Below, one piece after another: positions 48,889 through 57,068 of a DNA stretch of 64,000 nucleotides. The notes below the pieces were generated by a model. The model made no database searches and was not told where the DNA came from. It saw only the letters and a list, made by a program, of their open reading frames with translations. Location of the stretch: positions 5,068 through 69,067 of the forward strand of contig JAZGAD010000010.1 of assembly GCA_036444275.1 (NCBI GenBank), in the 5' to 3' direction. The translations under genes and the position numbers were made by a program. This DNA comes from Candidatus Hydrothermarchaeales archaeon. GTDB lineage: Archaea; Hydrothermarchaeota; Hydrothermarchaeia; Hydrothermarchaeales; JAZGAD01. How positions within the stretch are numbered: the first letter of the stretch is position 1; each line of letters opens with the position of its first letter.

Positions 48889-50058
48889 ATGAACACTTTG
48901 GAAGAATTAGGAGATGGCAAGGTTATCGAAATCGAATCAGGAGCGACCATTTTTAAACTGGAGTCCGATGAAAAAAACCCTATTGTCAGACCCCAAGACC
49001 TCGGGCTCACCTGGAATGAGAATGGCGAATCGAAGATTGGGGCAGTTTTCAACGGTGGGGCTGAATTTTTCGAGAATAAGGTTATTCTTTTGCCAAGGTG
49101 TCATAGAGATTACCGAAAGGGCGAATTCTTTGACGAAAAGTTAGGCATTGAGAGGACCTGCCTGGAAAACTACATTTCCGAGGTTTGGCCTTTGGTGAGC
49201 GAGGATGGCGTCCACTTCACCAGATTCCATAACGTGGTAATCCGGGGCGATGGCACCGACCATCAGGACTTTACCTACGGAATAGAGGACATCCGAATCG
49301 TTAAGTACGGCCGGAGATACCTGCTGATCGGGTGTGGGAAGATAAAACCTCCGTTTAAAGGCGGCAATGCGGATCGAATTGCCATTTACACAACCAAAGA
49401 TTTTGTGAAGATTAACTATCAGGGCATAGTGGACTCCTTTGACTCGCGCAATGCGGTTCCCTTCTCCGAGCCGGTAAATGGACAACACTGGATACTCCTG
49501 CGTTTTCATACTAATATTCACATAGATTTTCTTGAAGCCGGCATAAATCAATTGCTGAATCCTTCCCAGCACACAGAACAGTGGGATGAAATCTATGAGC
49601 GACAGAGCCAGAATCTCCTTTTAGAAGCTGGGCACTACCCGCACGAAAAGCAGAAAATCGGCCCGGGCCCCCAGGTGCTCAGAACCGATAGGGGTTGGTT
49701 GCTCATCTACCATGCTGTTGGTGAGATAGAATATAATATCTGCAAAGCCTACGGGTTGACGGAAAAAATTGAAAGAGGATACTCCATCTGCGCTGCCCTT
49801 TTGGACTTAGACGATCCACGAAAGGTGCTTTGTCGAACCAGAAATCCAATCTATATTCCTTCAACCCCTTACGAATTATATGGTAACGATCAATATCCAG
49901 TGGATGTGTCTGCAGTCGTTTTTCCCATGGGTGCTATTGTTCGAAAAGAAAAACTGATTCTCTATGCCGGAGCTGGCGATAAATACATCATCCTTTTGAG
50001 CTGCGATCTTGATAACTTAGTTAATTATTTATGGGAGTATTGCAAGTACATTGCATAG
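48889..50058 (+). CDS. GH130-like glycoside phosphorylase/hydrolase family protein (5-bladed propeller)
   Basis: GIEDIRIV (GxEDPR-like) and YHAVG blocks. The family assignment is tentative. Confidence 0.45.
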   Translation: MNTLEELGDGKVIEIESGATIFKLESDEKNPIVRPQDLGLTWNENGESKIGAVFNGGAEFFENKVILLPRCHRDYRKGEFFDEKLGIERTCLENYISEVWPLVSEDGVHFTRFHNVVIRGDGTDHQDFTYGIEDIRIVKYGRRYLLIGCGKIKPPFKGGNADRIAIYTTKDFVKINYQGIVDSFDSRNAVPFSEPVNGQHWILLRFHTNIHIDFLEAGINQLLNPSQHTEQWDEIYERQSQNLLLEAGHYPHEKQKIGPGPQVLRTDRGWLLIYHAVGEIEYNICKAYGLTEKIERGYSICAALLDLDDPRKVLCRTRNPIYIPSTPYELYGNDQYPVDVSAVVFPMGAIVRKEKLILYAGAGDKYIILLSCDLDNLVNYLWEYCKYIA

Positions 50059-50082
50059 GAACTACCATTGACTTGGCACATC

Positions 50083-50152
50083 GCCTAACAACGGCTAAAA
50101 GGCTCCGCCCAAATTTGCTCCGCTAACTTCTTTTATCCGCAATACGTTAGGT
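50083..50152 (+). repeat. attC-like imperfect inverted repeat, site A
   Basis: R'' is GCCTAAC (RYYYAAC). L'' is CGGCTAAAAG and L' is CTTTTATCCG, with 10/11 complementarity. R' is GTTAGGT (GTTRRRY). It lies 49 nt upstream of the MNT start. Coordinates +/-2. Confidence 0.55.
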
Positions 50153-50200
50153 GAAATGCCTAAGCCCGCTTTGATGGTAAAATTAAAATAAGAATATGTC

Positions 50201-50521
50201 ATGGGTGACTGTATGAAAGGCAAAAACACTCTTACAGAAATAATGGACATCTTTAAAAAATATGAAAAGGAACTGAACAGAAGGTACGGGATCAAAAAGA
50301 TTGGGATATTTGGCTCGTACCTAAGAAGCGAAGCTGGAGAGGAGAGCGATCTAGATATACTTGTAGAATTTGAACAAGACGTAGATATAGGGCTTTTAAA
50401 ATTTGTAGAGATAGAGAACTATCTGAGTGACCTTCTTGGTGTTAAAGTGGATTTGGTGGAAAAATCTGCATTAAAACCGAGGATAGGACGGCGTATATTG
50501 AAAGAGGTTGTTTACGCATGA
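50201..50521 (+). CDS. MNT-type nucleotidyltransferase antitoxin
   Basis: [23 protein letters not shown]. Confidence 0.8.
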   Translation: MGDCMKGKNTLTEIMDIFKKYEKELNRRYGIKKIGIFGSYLRSEAGEESDLDILVEFEQDVDIGLLKFVEIENYLSDLLGVKVDLVEKSALKPRIGRRILKEVVYA

Positions 50522-50862
50522 AGAGAGAGGTTGGAGACTATATTCAAGATGTCATCGACGCTACGAATAAAGGCATGAGATTTGTTGAGGGTGTGGAATA
50601 TGAAGATTTCATTCATGATGATAAAACCGTATTTGCTGTGATAAGAGCTATAGAGGTTATTGGTGAAGCAGTCAAAAATATACCTGAAGATGTAAAAATG
50701 GAGTATCCCGAAATTCCCTGGAGAGATATTGCCGGAATGAGAGATAAGCTTATTCATGCTTATTTTGGAGTTAGCATCAAAAGAGTATGGAAAGCTATAA
50801 AAGAAGAAATTCCTCCATTAAAACCTGTATTTGAAAAAATGCTTAAGGACTTAGAAAAATGA
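50518..50862 (+). CDS. HepT-like toxin (DUF86, HEPN)
   Basis: R-x4-H-x-Y motif RDKLIHAYF, with a 4-nt overlap with the upstream MNT gene. Confidence 0.8.
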   Translation: MKREVGDYIQDVIDATNKGMRFVEGVEYEDFIHDDKTVFAVIRAIEVIGEAVKNIPEDVKMEYPEIPWRDIAGMRDKLIHAYFGVSIKRVWKAIKEEIPPLKPVFEKMLKDLEK

Positions 50863-50938
50863 GGTCTATAATATTCGGTAGGCTTGGGTACTCTGCGGAT
50901 TTGCATTGCAAATCCTTGCCCTCGCTATCGCTCGGGTC

Positions 50939-51089
50939 GCCTAACAGGCGGGTATGCGGTTCGAAATGATGAAAAGTGGTCTCACCCAGATTCCTTTGAC
51001 AACGGTTATATTCAGCTTTCACATTGCTCTCACCTGATGAAATCGGGATGCTCGCAGTCGGCACTTCGCATACCCGCGAAACGTTAGAC
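50939..51089 (+). repeat. attC-like imperfect inverted repeat, site B
   Basis: R'' is GCCTAAC. L'' is GGCGGGTATGCG and L' is CGCATACCCGC, perfectly complementary over 11 nt. R' is GTTAGAC. The spacers are asymmetric (AG versus GAAAC), as in integron attC sites. A perfect 9-bp-stem palindrome, ggatttgca-t-tgcaaatcc, lies just upstream at ~50896-50914. Confidence 0.55.
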
Positions 51090-51133
51090 GCAATAAATTT
51101 CAATAGTTTGATTTTATATGGAGATATACAATC

Positions 51134-51568
51134 ATGAAAAAGTTTCGAGATGTCGATGAGATAAAAGTAAAATTAGAAGAAGTGAATGCCTTATTTGAAA
51201 AAGGTGATCTTGCATGTTTTTTGTATCTATCAAGTTATATTGAAGATCGCCTGAAACGTAATCTAATGGTTCATTGTTTGTCAGAAGACAGATATTCTAA
51301 AGAGATTGAACATTATATTTTCAACTTAAATCTCTATAATTTAATTGAAATATCCAACTTATTCGGATTAATTACTAAAGAAACTTATACGGATTTGGAA
51401 ATTTATAGAAAGTTTAGAAATGAATTGTTTCATGATGCAATTTTCAATGAAGCAATTGATAGAGAGTATGAGAAATATTATTCATTAGGTTGTAAAATAA
51501 TATGTGAACTTCATGACACGGGTGTCGAAATATGCGACGCAATAACCAAAAAAGTAGACATTTCCTAA
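51134..51568 (+). CDS. HEPN-like domain protein (hypothetical)
   Basis: R-x4-H motif in YRKFRNELFHDAIF, a 144 aa product, and AT-rich codon usage. Confidence 0.4.
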   Translation: MKKFRDVDEIKVKLEEVNALFEKGDLACFLYLSSYIEDRLKRNLMVHCLSEDRYSKEIEHYIFNLNLYNLIEISNLFGLITKETYTDLEIYRKFRNELFHDAIFNEAIDREYEKYYSLGCKIICELHDTGVEICDAITKKVDIS

Positions 51569-51578
51569 AATTTACATC

Positions 51579-51662
51579 GCCTAACAGAGCGTATCTGGTT
51601 CGCTATCGCTCACCTAAATCTCTCCCGTTGCCTGAACTTCAGATACGCTCGGAACGTTATAT
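51579..51662 (+). repeat. attC-like imperfect inverted repeat, site C
   Basis: R'' is GCCTAAC. L'' is GAGCGTATCTG and L' is CAGATACGCTC, perfectly complementary over 11 nt. R' is GTTATAT (degenerate). The spacers are asymmetric (AG versus GGAAC). Confidence 0.5.
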
Positions 51663-51718
51663 GCAATTTCAAAGAAGTTACTATTCCCCAATTTGAGTTA
51701 TTAAAGGAGGTCTAACTT

Positions 51719-52630
51719 ATGTCAATGAAGTCTAAAAGAAAAGACCCCACACCTAAACAGAAAGAAAAATTGCTCTCTATGAATGCGGGAGTTTGCTGTG
51801 TATGCAAAACAAGAGGGCAAGGTGTTAATTTTCATCATATTGACGGTGACAATACCAACACTGTCATTGAAAACTTAGCTGTTCTTTGCATCAAGGATCA
51901 TGATGCATATCATAGACCTCAGGTTTATACAGAGATGAAACATTTAGAGCTTGGAGCTGAAAAGATATTAAAATGCAAGCTTGAATGGGAATCATTTATA
52001 AAAGCAGCACAAAAAGAAAGTCCCAAAGTGCTAGCTGTAATAAATATTTACGGGACTGAAGAAAGCATACATTCTATGAGATTAATTTTCCAGACAATTG
52101 AATCAAAAATAATTTTTGAACGACTATATCATCTACTTACAGGATCACCTAAAAGTTGGATAGATTCTGCAATTGATGAAGTTCGCTGGCTTGGATCAAA
52201 TATTCCACTTTCAATAGTAGATAAACCACTTCCAATTGAATATTGCCCTTGCTGTGATAAATCTTTAGCGAATGTAATTGATAGTAATGTTGCAAAGAGG
52301 ATAACGGCAAGCAATTGGGAACAAAATTCTATCTGTTCTATTTATATCAATCCTTCACAACCTTCTTTGGCAATTATACTATTGTATGAAAAAGAAGTTC
52401 TTCTTACCGGATCACTTCATAAATGTGGTGAATGCCTACATTTCATTTGTGATAATTTCGAGGAAAGAGTTCCAATTAAAAAATCGCCCAGCGTGAGAAC
52501 TCAGGCAACTAGAATTTTATCTAAAGTTTTAAGTGAGTGGCACCCAGCCCAAATACTTATTGGAACAGGAGATGAAGATAATCCTGAGATCATTGACAAT
52601 TTGAACCTATCACGAATATGGGAGAATTAA
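51719..52630 (+). CDS. HNH endonuclease domain protein
   Basis: The N-terminal block CCVCK...FHHIDGDNTNTVIENLAVLCIKDHDAYH fits the HNH consensus (CxxC ... HH ... N ... N ... CxxH). The C-terminal region has further Cys pairs (CPCCD, CGEC). Confidence 0.6.
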   Translation: MSMKSKRKDPTPKQKEKLLSMNAGVCCVCKTRGQGVNFHHIDGDNTNTVIENLAVLCIKDHDAYHRPQVYTEMKHLELGAEKILKCKLEWESFIKAAQKESPKVLAVINIYGTEESIHSMRLIFQTIESKIIFERLYHLLTGSPKSWIDSAIDEVRWLGSNIPLSIVDKPLPIEYCPCCDKSLANVIDSNVAKRITASNWEQNSICSIYINPSQPSLAIILLYEKEVLLTGSLHKCGECLHFICDNFEERVPIKKSPSVRTQATRILSKVLSEWHPAQILIGTGDEDNPEIIDNLNLSRIWEN

Positions 52631-52668
52631 GATTATTACTCAAATAACTCAAATTATGATGAAACGGC

Positions 52669-52731
52669 GTATAACAGAGCATACCTGGCTTCGTGCCTTC
52701 GGCGGACTTCAGATACACGCAACCGTTAAGT
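52669..52731 (+). repeat. attC-like imperfect inverted repeat, site D (degenerate)
   Basis: R''-like GTATAAC. The right arm TTCAGATACACGC-AACC-GTTAAGT is homologous to the right arm of site C. The L''/L' pairing is weaker (7/11). Confidence 0.4.
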
Positions 52732-52772
52732 GAAAAAGCCCAAAGTTTATTGAATTAAAATGAGGCAAATCC

Positions 52773-53297
52773 GTGAAAGATAATAAACTTCAACAGCTCA
52801 AAGTTGTAATCTCCCTTCTTGAGAAGTATAATAAAATCGAAGAAAAATTAAAAGAGCTCAAAATCGTTCGAACGAGAAAGGTTATCTCAGAAGTTGGCGA
52901 GTGGTATGTCTCTATTCTTTTTAATTGTAAAATAAATACTAACCCGTCTGAAAAAGGATTCGATTGTATTGACCCTGAGACTGGGAAGAAGATTGAAATA
53001 AAGACTATCAGAAAATCAGAAAGTAATCCTATTGGCTATAGGTTATCTAAGGATAAAGTCGAGCGGCAAATTTTTGATGAACTTATTATTTTGAGGTTGG
53101 GAGATAATTTTCGGATAAGACAATTGTTTAAGTTGGATAGAGATGATATTTCGGAGGAGAATTTTTCCCTTCTTAGCAGTGCGAAATATAATTTGAGTTG
53201 GAATTCCTTAAAAAAGGGAAACTTCGAAGTTACTCATGAAAATGCTTTACAAAGAGGGTTAGATGATATAGAAGTATTTAGAATGCTAATGGAATAA
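52773..53297 (+). CDS. hypothetical protein, possible PD-(D/E)xK nuclease fold
   Basis: FDCIDPETGKKIEIKT fits a D ... (D/E)xK arrangement. The 174 aa product has no other recognisable motif. Confidence 0.3.
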   Translation: MKDNKLQQLKVVISLLEKYNKIEEKLKELKIVRTRKVISEVGEWYVSILFNCKINTNPSEKGFDCIDPETGKKIEIKTIRKSESNPIGYRLSKDKVERQIFDELIILRLGDNFRIRQLFKLDRDDISEENFSLLSSAKYNLSWNSLKKGNFEVTHENALQRGLDDIEVFRMLME

Positions 53298-53310
53298 TAT
53301 GGGCTTCTTC

Positions 53311-53386
53311 GCCTAACAGTGTGTTTGCGAAGTGCCGAAGGCATTTGGGTGAGCATGATGCACCGCAAACACACGAACCATTACGC
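53311..53386 (+). repeat. attC-like imperfect inverted repeat, site E
   Basis: R'' is GCCTAAC. L'' is GTGTGTTTGCG and L' is CGCAAACACAC, perfectly complementary over 11 nt. R' is degenerate (ATTACGC). Confidence 0.45.
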
Positions 53387-53540
53387 GACATTGCGAAATA
53401 TAAGAATTTGCGTCTTTTAGATATTCAAAATGGAAATTTCAGGCGCAGTTATTCTTGAATACCAAAAGTGACCTAGTGAATTTCCTAAATACTTAAATAC
53501 AATCCATAATCCCTTTTTATTATCTGAATGGGGACGAAGT

Positions 53541-54251
53541 ATGAGAAAGATACTCCCACTAGCTGTCATCCTTATCTTGATCCTAGCGGTCGGCTACTTT
53601 TACTTGTCTCAGAGACCGAGAGAAGAACTCGTAGGCTCCGAGGCAATAGGAGAAAACGCCCGAATTCTCACCATTAAGACCGAAGTCAAGGGCGTAGAGC
53701 ACACGAGGCATGACATAGAGTACACCAGAGAAGAACGGACTTTCAGGAACTATTTCGACTCCAAACTGAGGCCTGCATTGGCCTGGATAAAAGGAAACGC
53801 ACCTGAAGATGCTGTCTTCCTCTGTTGGTGGGACTATGGGCATATGATACGTGGCTATACCGAGAGAGACGCAGTGGTATATAGTCCTTCTAAGGGCATA
53901 ATGGAGACTGTATCCAGCGGCAAGTGGGACACCTCCGCTAGTGGAGACTTCTCTACAGAGGAAAGGATAAGAGAAGTAGCTCTAGCCCTAACAGCAAGAG
54001 ATCCAAAAGAAACTCTTGATATAATGAAAAAATACAGAGCTAACTATGTCTTTATAACCGCAGAGGATTCTGCGAAGAGCTTTGCCATCTTCTCTAGCTT
54101 GGGCTACGACCCCTCTGAGTATCTAGTGGATTGGAAGCCTACAGAGAAAGCCATGGAAACTATGCTCTTCAAGATGCTCGGGCACGAGCGGGTAGAGGGC
54201 TTGAACCTGCTGTATTCAGATGAATTCGTGAAAATCTATGGGCTAGAATGA
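53541..54251 (+). CDS. single-pass membrane protein with a WWDYG motif (oligosaccharyltransferase AglB/STT3 C-terminal-domain-like)
   Basis: An N-terminal TM anchor (ILPLAVILILILAVGYFYL) and then CWWDYGHMIRGYTERDAVV. Compare the OST signature as I recall it: PglB has WWDYGYPVRYYSD. There is no polytopic TM domain. Confidence 0.4.
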   Translation: MRKILPLAVILILILAVGYFYLSQRPREELVGSEAIGENARILTIKTEVKGVEHTRHDIEYTREERTFRNYFDSKLRPALAWIKGNAPEDAVFLCWWDYGHMIRGYTERDAVVYSPSKGIMETVSSGKWDTSASGDFSTEERIREVALALTARDPKETLDIMKKYRANYVFITAEDSAKSFAIFSSLGYDPSEYLVDWKPTEKAMETMLFKMLGHERVEGLNLLYSDEFVKIYGLE

Positions 54252-54653
54252 AAGGGCCTACTACTATTTCTGGCTTTGGAACTTACCTCGAAGTCTGCTG
54301 CAATCTTTTCCTCAAAGGCCTTTCTATCGCTCCTAGCAGTAACTCCTTCCGTCTCTAAGAGCCCATACATTCTCTACAGAGAGACCCCGCATTATGGTAT
54401 AGCCCTTCGTTGCTCCAGAAGGCTGCATCCTGATGTCTAAACAGGAAGTGTCGATATCGCCACTCACATCTAGTTTCTCAAGGCTCGCAGGAAGGCGGGT
54501 TAGAGTCTCTCTTCTTGTGCTTTTGGTGGGATGATCGAAAATCTCGAGCTCGGTTTTTGTGCGGGAAACCTAATATGTTAGAATAACTATTACAGTTCTC
54601 ATGATCATGCAATATGTACGTGTACGGGAAAATAAAAACGTTGGTGTGTTGCG

Positions 54654-55451
54654 ATGCGGTTAGCATCGATTGTCATGATAGCCCTTCTCAGATACGAGAC
54701 AACGAAAAGGTGCATAGAGAGCATTTTTGAGAGAACCATGGCGCCCTTTGAGCTGATAGTCGTCGCTGTGGACTGTGAGAAGAAGATGAGAGAATTTTTT
54801 GAGGACCTTCAGAGGAAAAAGAAGAACCTAAAGGTCATCCATATAAAAAGCGGTCTGGGAACAACCGGCTCCAGAAATGTCGGCATACGAGCCTGTTCTG
54901 GGGATTATATAGTGTTTATGGACAACGATGCTCTTGTGAGCGAGGGATGGTTGGGAAAGTTGGAGAGGGTGGCTGAAAGCTCTCCGGATATCGGCCTTGT
55001 GGGCCCTAAAATCCTCAGGAAGAGCGGTGAGATTTATTATTGCAGCAAGTATATGAACGCGAAAGTGGAAGGGGGAAAAGTGGTGGAGATGGGCCTCAGC
55101 AAGACAGAAGTCTATAGCGGTGATGACCCCGAGGTCAACAGACAGGAGGAGGTGGTGTGGTATCCCACCACAACCCTGCTCGTAAAAAGGGAGGTGATAG
55201 AAAAAGTTGGGGGTTTTGATGAAGCATTTTTTCTTGTGGATGAGGACAAGGACCTCTGTCTGAGCGCGAGAGAAGCTGGCTACAAAACAATATATGCGCC
55301 ATATGCAGAAGTTGTTCACCTTCACGACTATCGTCTGGTGGATAGGCACAACACCTACCACAAGAACTTCAGGCTCAGGATGGACCTGATAGAAAAGGAC
55401 AACAAAAATTTTGAGAAGAAGTGGGGCCTGAGACTTGTTGACATATGGTAG
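54654..55451 (+). CDS. glycosyltransferase family 2
   Basis: GT-A Rossmann N-terminus (ASIVMIALLRYETTKRCIESI), DxD as FMDNDA, and C-terminal EDKDLCLSARE. Confidence 0.8.
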   Translation: MRLASIVMIALLRYETTKRCIESIFERTMAPFELIVVAVDCEKKMREFFEDLQRKKKNLKVIHIKSGLGTTGSRNVGIRACSGDYIVFMDNDALVSEGWLGKLERVAESSPDIGLVGPKILRKSGEIYYCSKYMNAKVEGGKVVEMGLSKTEVYSGDDPEVNRQEEVVWYPTTTLLVKREVIEKVGGFDEAFFLVDEDKDLCLSAREAGYKTIYAPYAEVVHLHDYRLVDRHNTYHKNFRLRMDLIEKDNKNFEKKWGLRLVDIW

Positions 55452-55597
55452 AAAGATACTCGATGAGGGCGAAGTTTAACTATTTAACTCTAATGAGGTA
55501 AATGGCTTTGGAACAAAAATACCTCAGCTCATCTTCCTTAAAGCGGTGGACCTATACCTGCTCGATCTTTATATTAGGGTTACGATGATTATGATAC

Positions 55598-56113
55598 CTA
55601 TGGTCTTGCCTTCTTTAGAAGCTCGTACAACTCTCTTGCAAGGCCATTGAATTCATACTCCTCATCCCAGAAATCGCCTACGTCATAACCCTTTCTCTCG
55701 TACTCCAGTGCCTGGATTAGAAGCTCTAACTTATCGGCCTGCTTCACCGATTTAGCCTCAGGGCTCTTGCCCTTGACATACTCCCCCCACAGCTTTCTGT
55801 ATCCAGGAAAATGTTTCAATGCCTCGTCTATGGCTCGCTCCTCGATCTCCCTTTTCTCAGGATATCTTGGAGAAAATATGCTGATATCCCCAACCCTCGC
55901 CTCTTGGAGGTCATGTAGGAGGGCCATCCTTATAACCTTCTCAACATCTAGCTTTTCCTCATCGGCAAGAAGCATCGAGAGGAATGCCACGCCCAGTGCA
56001 TGCTCTGCAACGCTCTCTGCCTCGCGAACGCCCCTAAGCTTCCAGCCCTCTCTAGAAGTCAGCTTAAGTCTTTCCACCTCTTCTATAAGCCTCAATAAAT
56101 GCTTGGCATTCAT
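55598..56113 (-). CDS. HD-domain phosphohydrolase (YfbR/5'-deoxynucleotidase-like)
   Basis: H...HD motif in VAEHALGVAFLSMLL ... LLHDLQEARVGD. Confidence 0.7.
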   Translation of the reverse strand: MNAKHLLRLIEEVERLKLTSREGWKLRGVREAESVAEHALGVAFLSMLLADEEKLDVEKVIRMALLHDLQEARVGDISIFSPRYPEKREIEERAIDEALKHFPGYRKLWGEYVKGKSPEAKSVKQADKLELLIQALEYERKGYDVGDFWDEEYEFNGLARELYELLKKARP

Positions 56114-56161
56114 CTTTCTAGACTATGGTACTAATTTTATATAAAAATGAATTGAAAAGAT

Positions 56162-57058
56162 ATGACTATGGAGATAATATTCCTAGGTACAACGGCAGCG
56201 GTACCAAGTGTCGAGCGTGGTCACTCAGCCATAGCATTGAGATACCTGGACGAGGTGCTCTTGTGGGACTGTGGCGAAGGCACCCAGCGGCAGCTAATCA
56301 GGGCTAAGATCAGCTACATGAAGATAAAGAAGGTCTTCGTTACCCACTTTCATGGCGACCACTTCCTTGGTATACCGGGCTTGATCCAGACCATGTCATT
56401 CGCTGGTAGAGAAGAGCCCCTTACAGTATACGGCCCTAGGGGGATAGACAAGCTATTGAAGAACATCTTAGCACTAGGTGATTATACGCTGCGCTTCGAG
56501 GTAGTGCCAGAAGAGATAGACGATGGATTTCATCTGGAGGAAGAGAAGTACGTTATAAGATGCCTAAACGTGGAGCATTACACCCCTACATATGCCTTGG
56601 TCTTTGAGGAAAAGAAGGGAAGGGAGTTTCTGCCTGAGAAGGCCCTAGCACTGGGTTTGAGACCCGGCCCCAAGTATTCTAGATTGCAGTGTGGAGAAGC
56701 AGTGGAACACGAAGGTAGGACAATCCAGCCCGACGATGTGCTTGGAGACAAAAAAATGGGCTACAAGATCGTTTATTCCTCTGACACCAGGCCCTGTAGC
56801 AACGTGATAGAGGCATGCAAGGATGCAGTATTAATCCATGATGGCACTTTCGACGAGGAGCGGAAGAAAAATGCCATCGAGACCATGCATTCCACATGCG
56901 CAGAGGCGGCAGAAGTTGCGAGAAAAGGCGGTGCGAAGAGCCTTTACCTGACCCATATAAGTCCCAGATACAAGGACACCGAGGTCCTGCTGAATGAGGC
57001 TAGAAAGATTTTTGACAACTCTAGGGTGGCGAGGGATTTCTTGAAAGTAGAAATGTGA
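56162..57058 (+). CDS. rnz: ribonuclease Z (tRNA 3' endonuclease, MBL fold)
   Basis: HFHGDH metallo-beta-lactamase motif, an N-terminal LGTTAAVPS, and 298 aa (short-form RNase Z). Confidence 0.85.
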   Translation: MTMEIIFLGTTAAVPSVERGHSAIALRYLDEVLLWDCGEGTQRQLIRAKISYMKIKKVFVTHFHGDHFLGIPGLIQTMSFAGREEPLTVYGPRGIDKLLKNILALGDYTLRFEVVPEEIDDGFHLEEEKYVIRCLNVEHYTPTYALVFEEKKGREFLPEKALALGLRPGPKYSRLQCGEAVEHEGRTIQPDDVLGDKKMGYKIVYSSDTRPCSNVIEACKDAVLIHDGTFDEERKKNAIETMHSTCAEAAEVARKGGAKSLYLTHISPRYKDTEVLLNEARKIFDNSRVARDFLKVEM

Positions 57059-57068
57059 TTGTGCAAAG

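Noticed and set aside
50884-51087. 67-aa ORF between the HepT and HEPN genes
   Set aside because: It lies entirely within the attC-like repeat B, whose inverted-repeat structure explains the sequence. It has no RBS and no motif.
54478-54666. 62-aa minus-strand ORF overlapping the GT2 start
   Set aside because: It lies antisense to the promoter and start region of a well-supported GT2 gene, and its composition is His/Asn-rich low-complexity.
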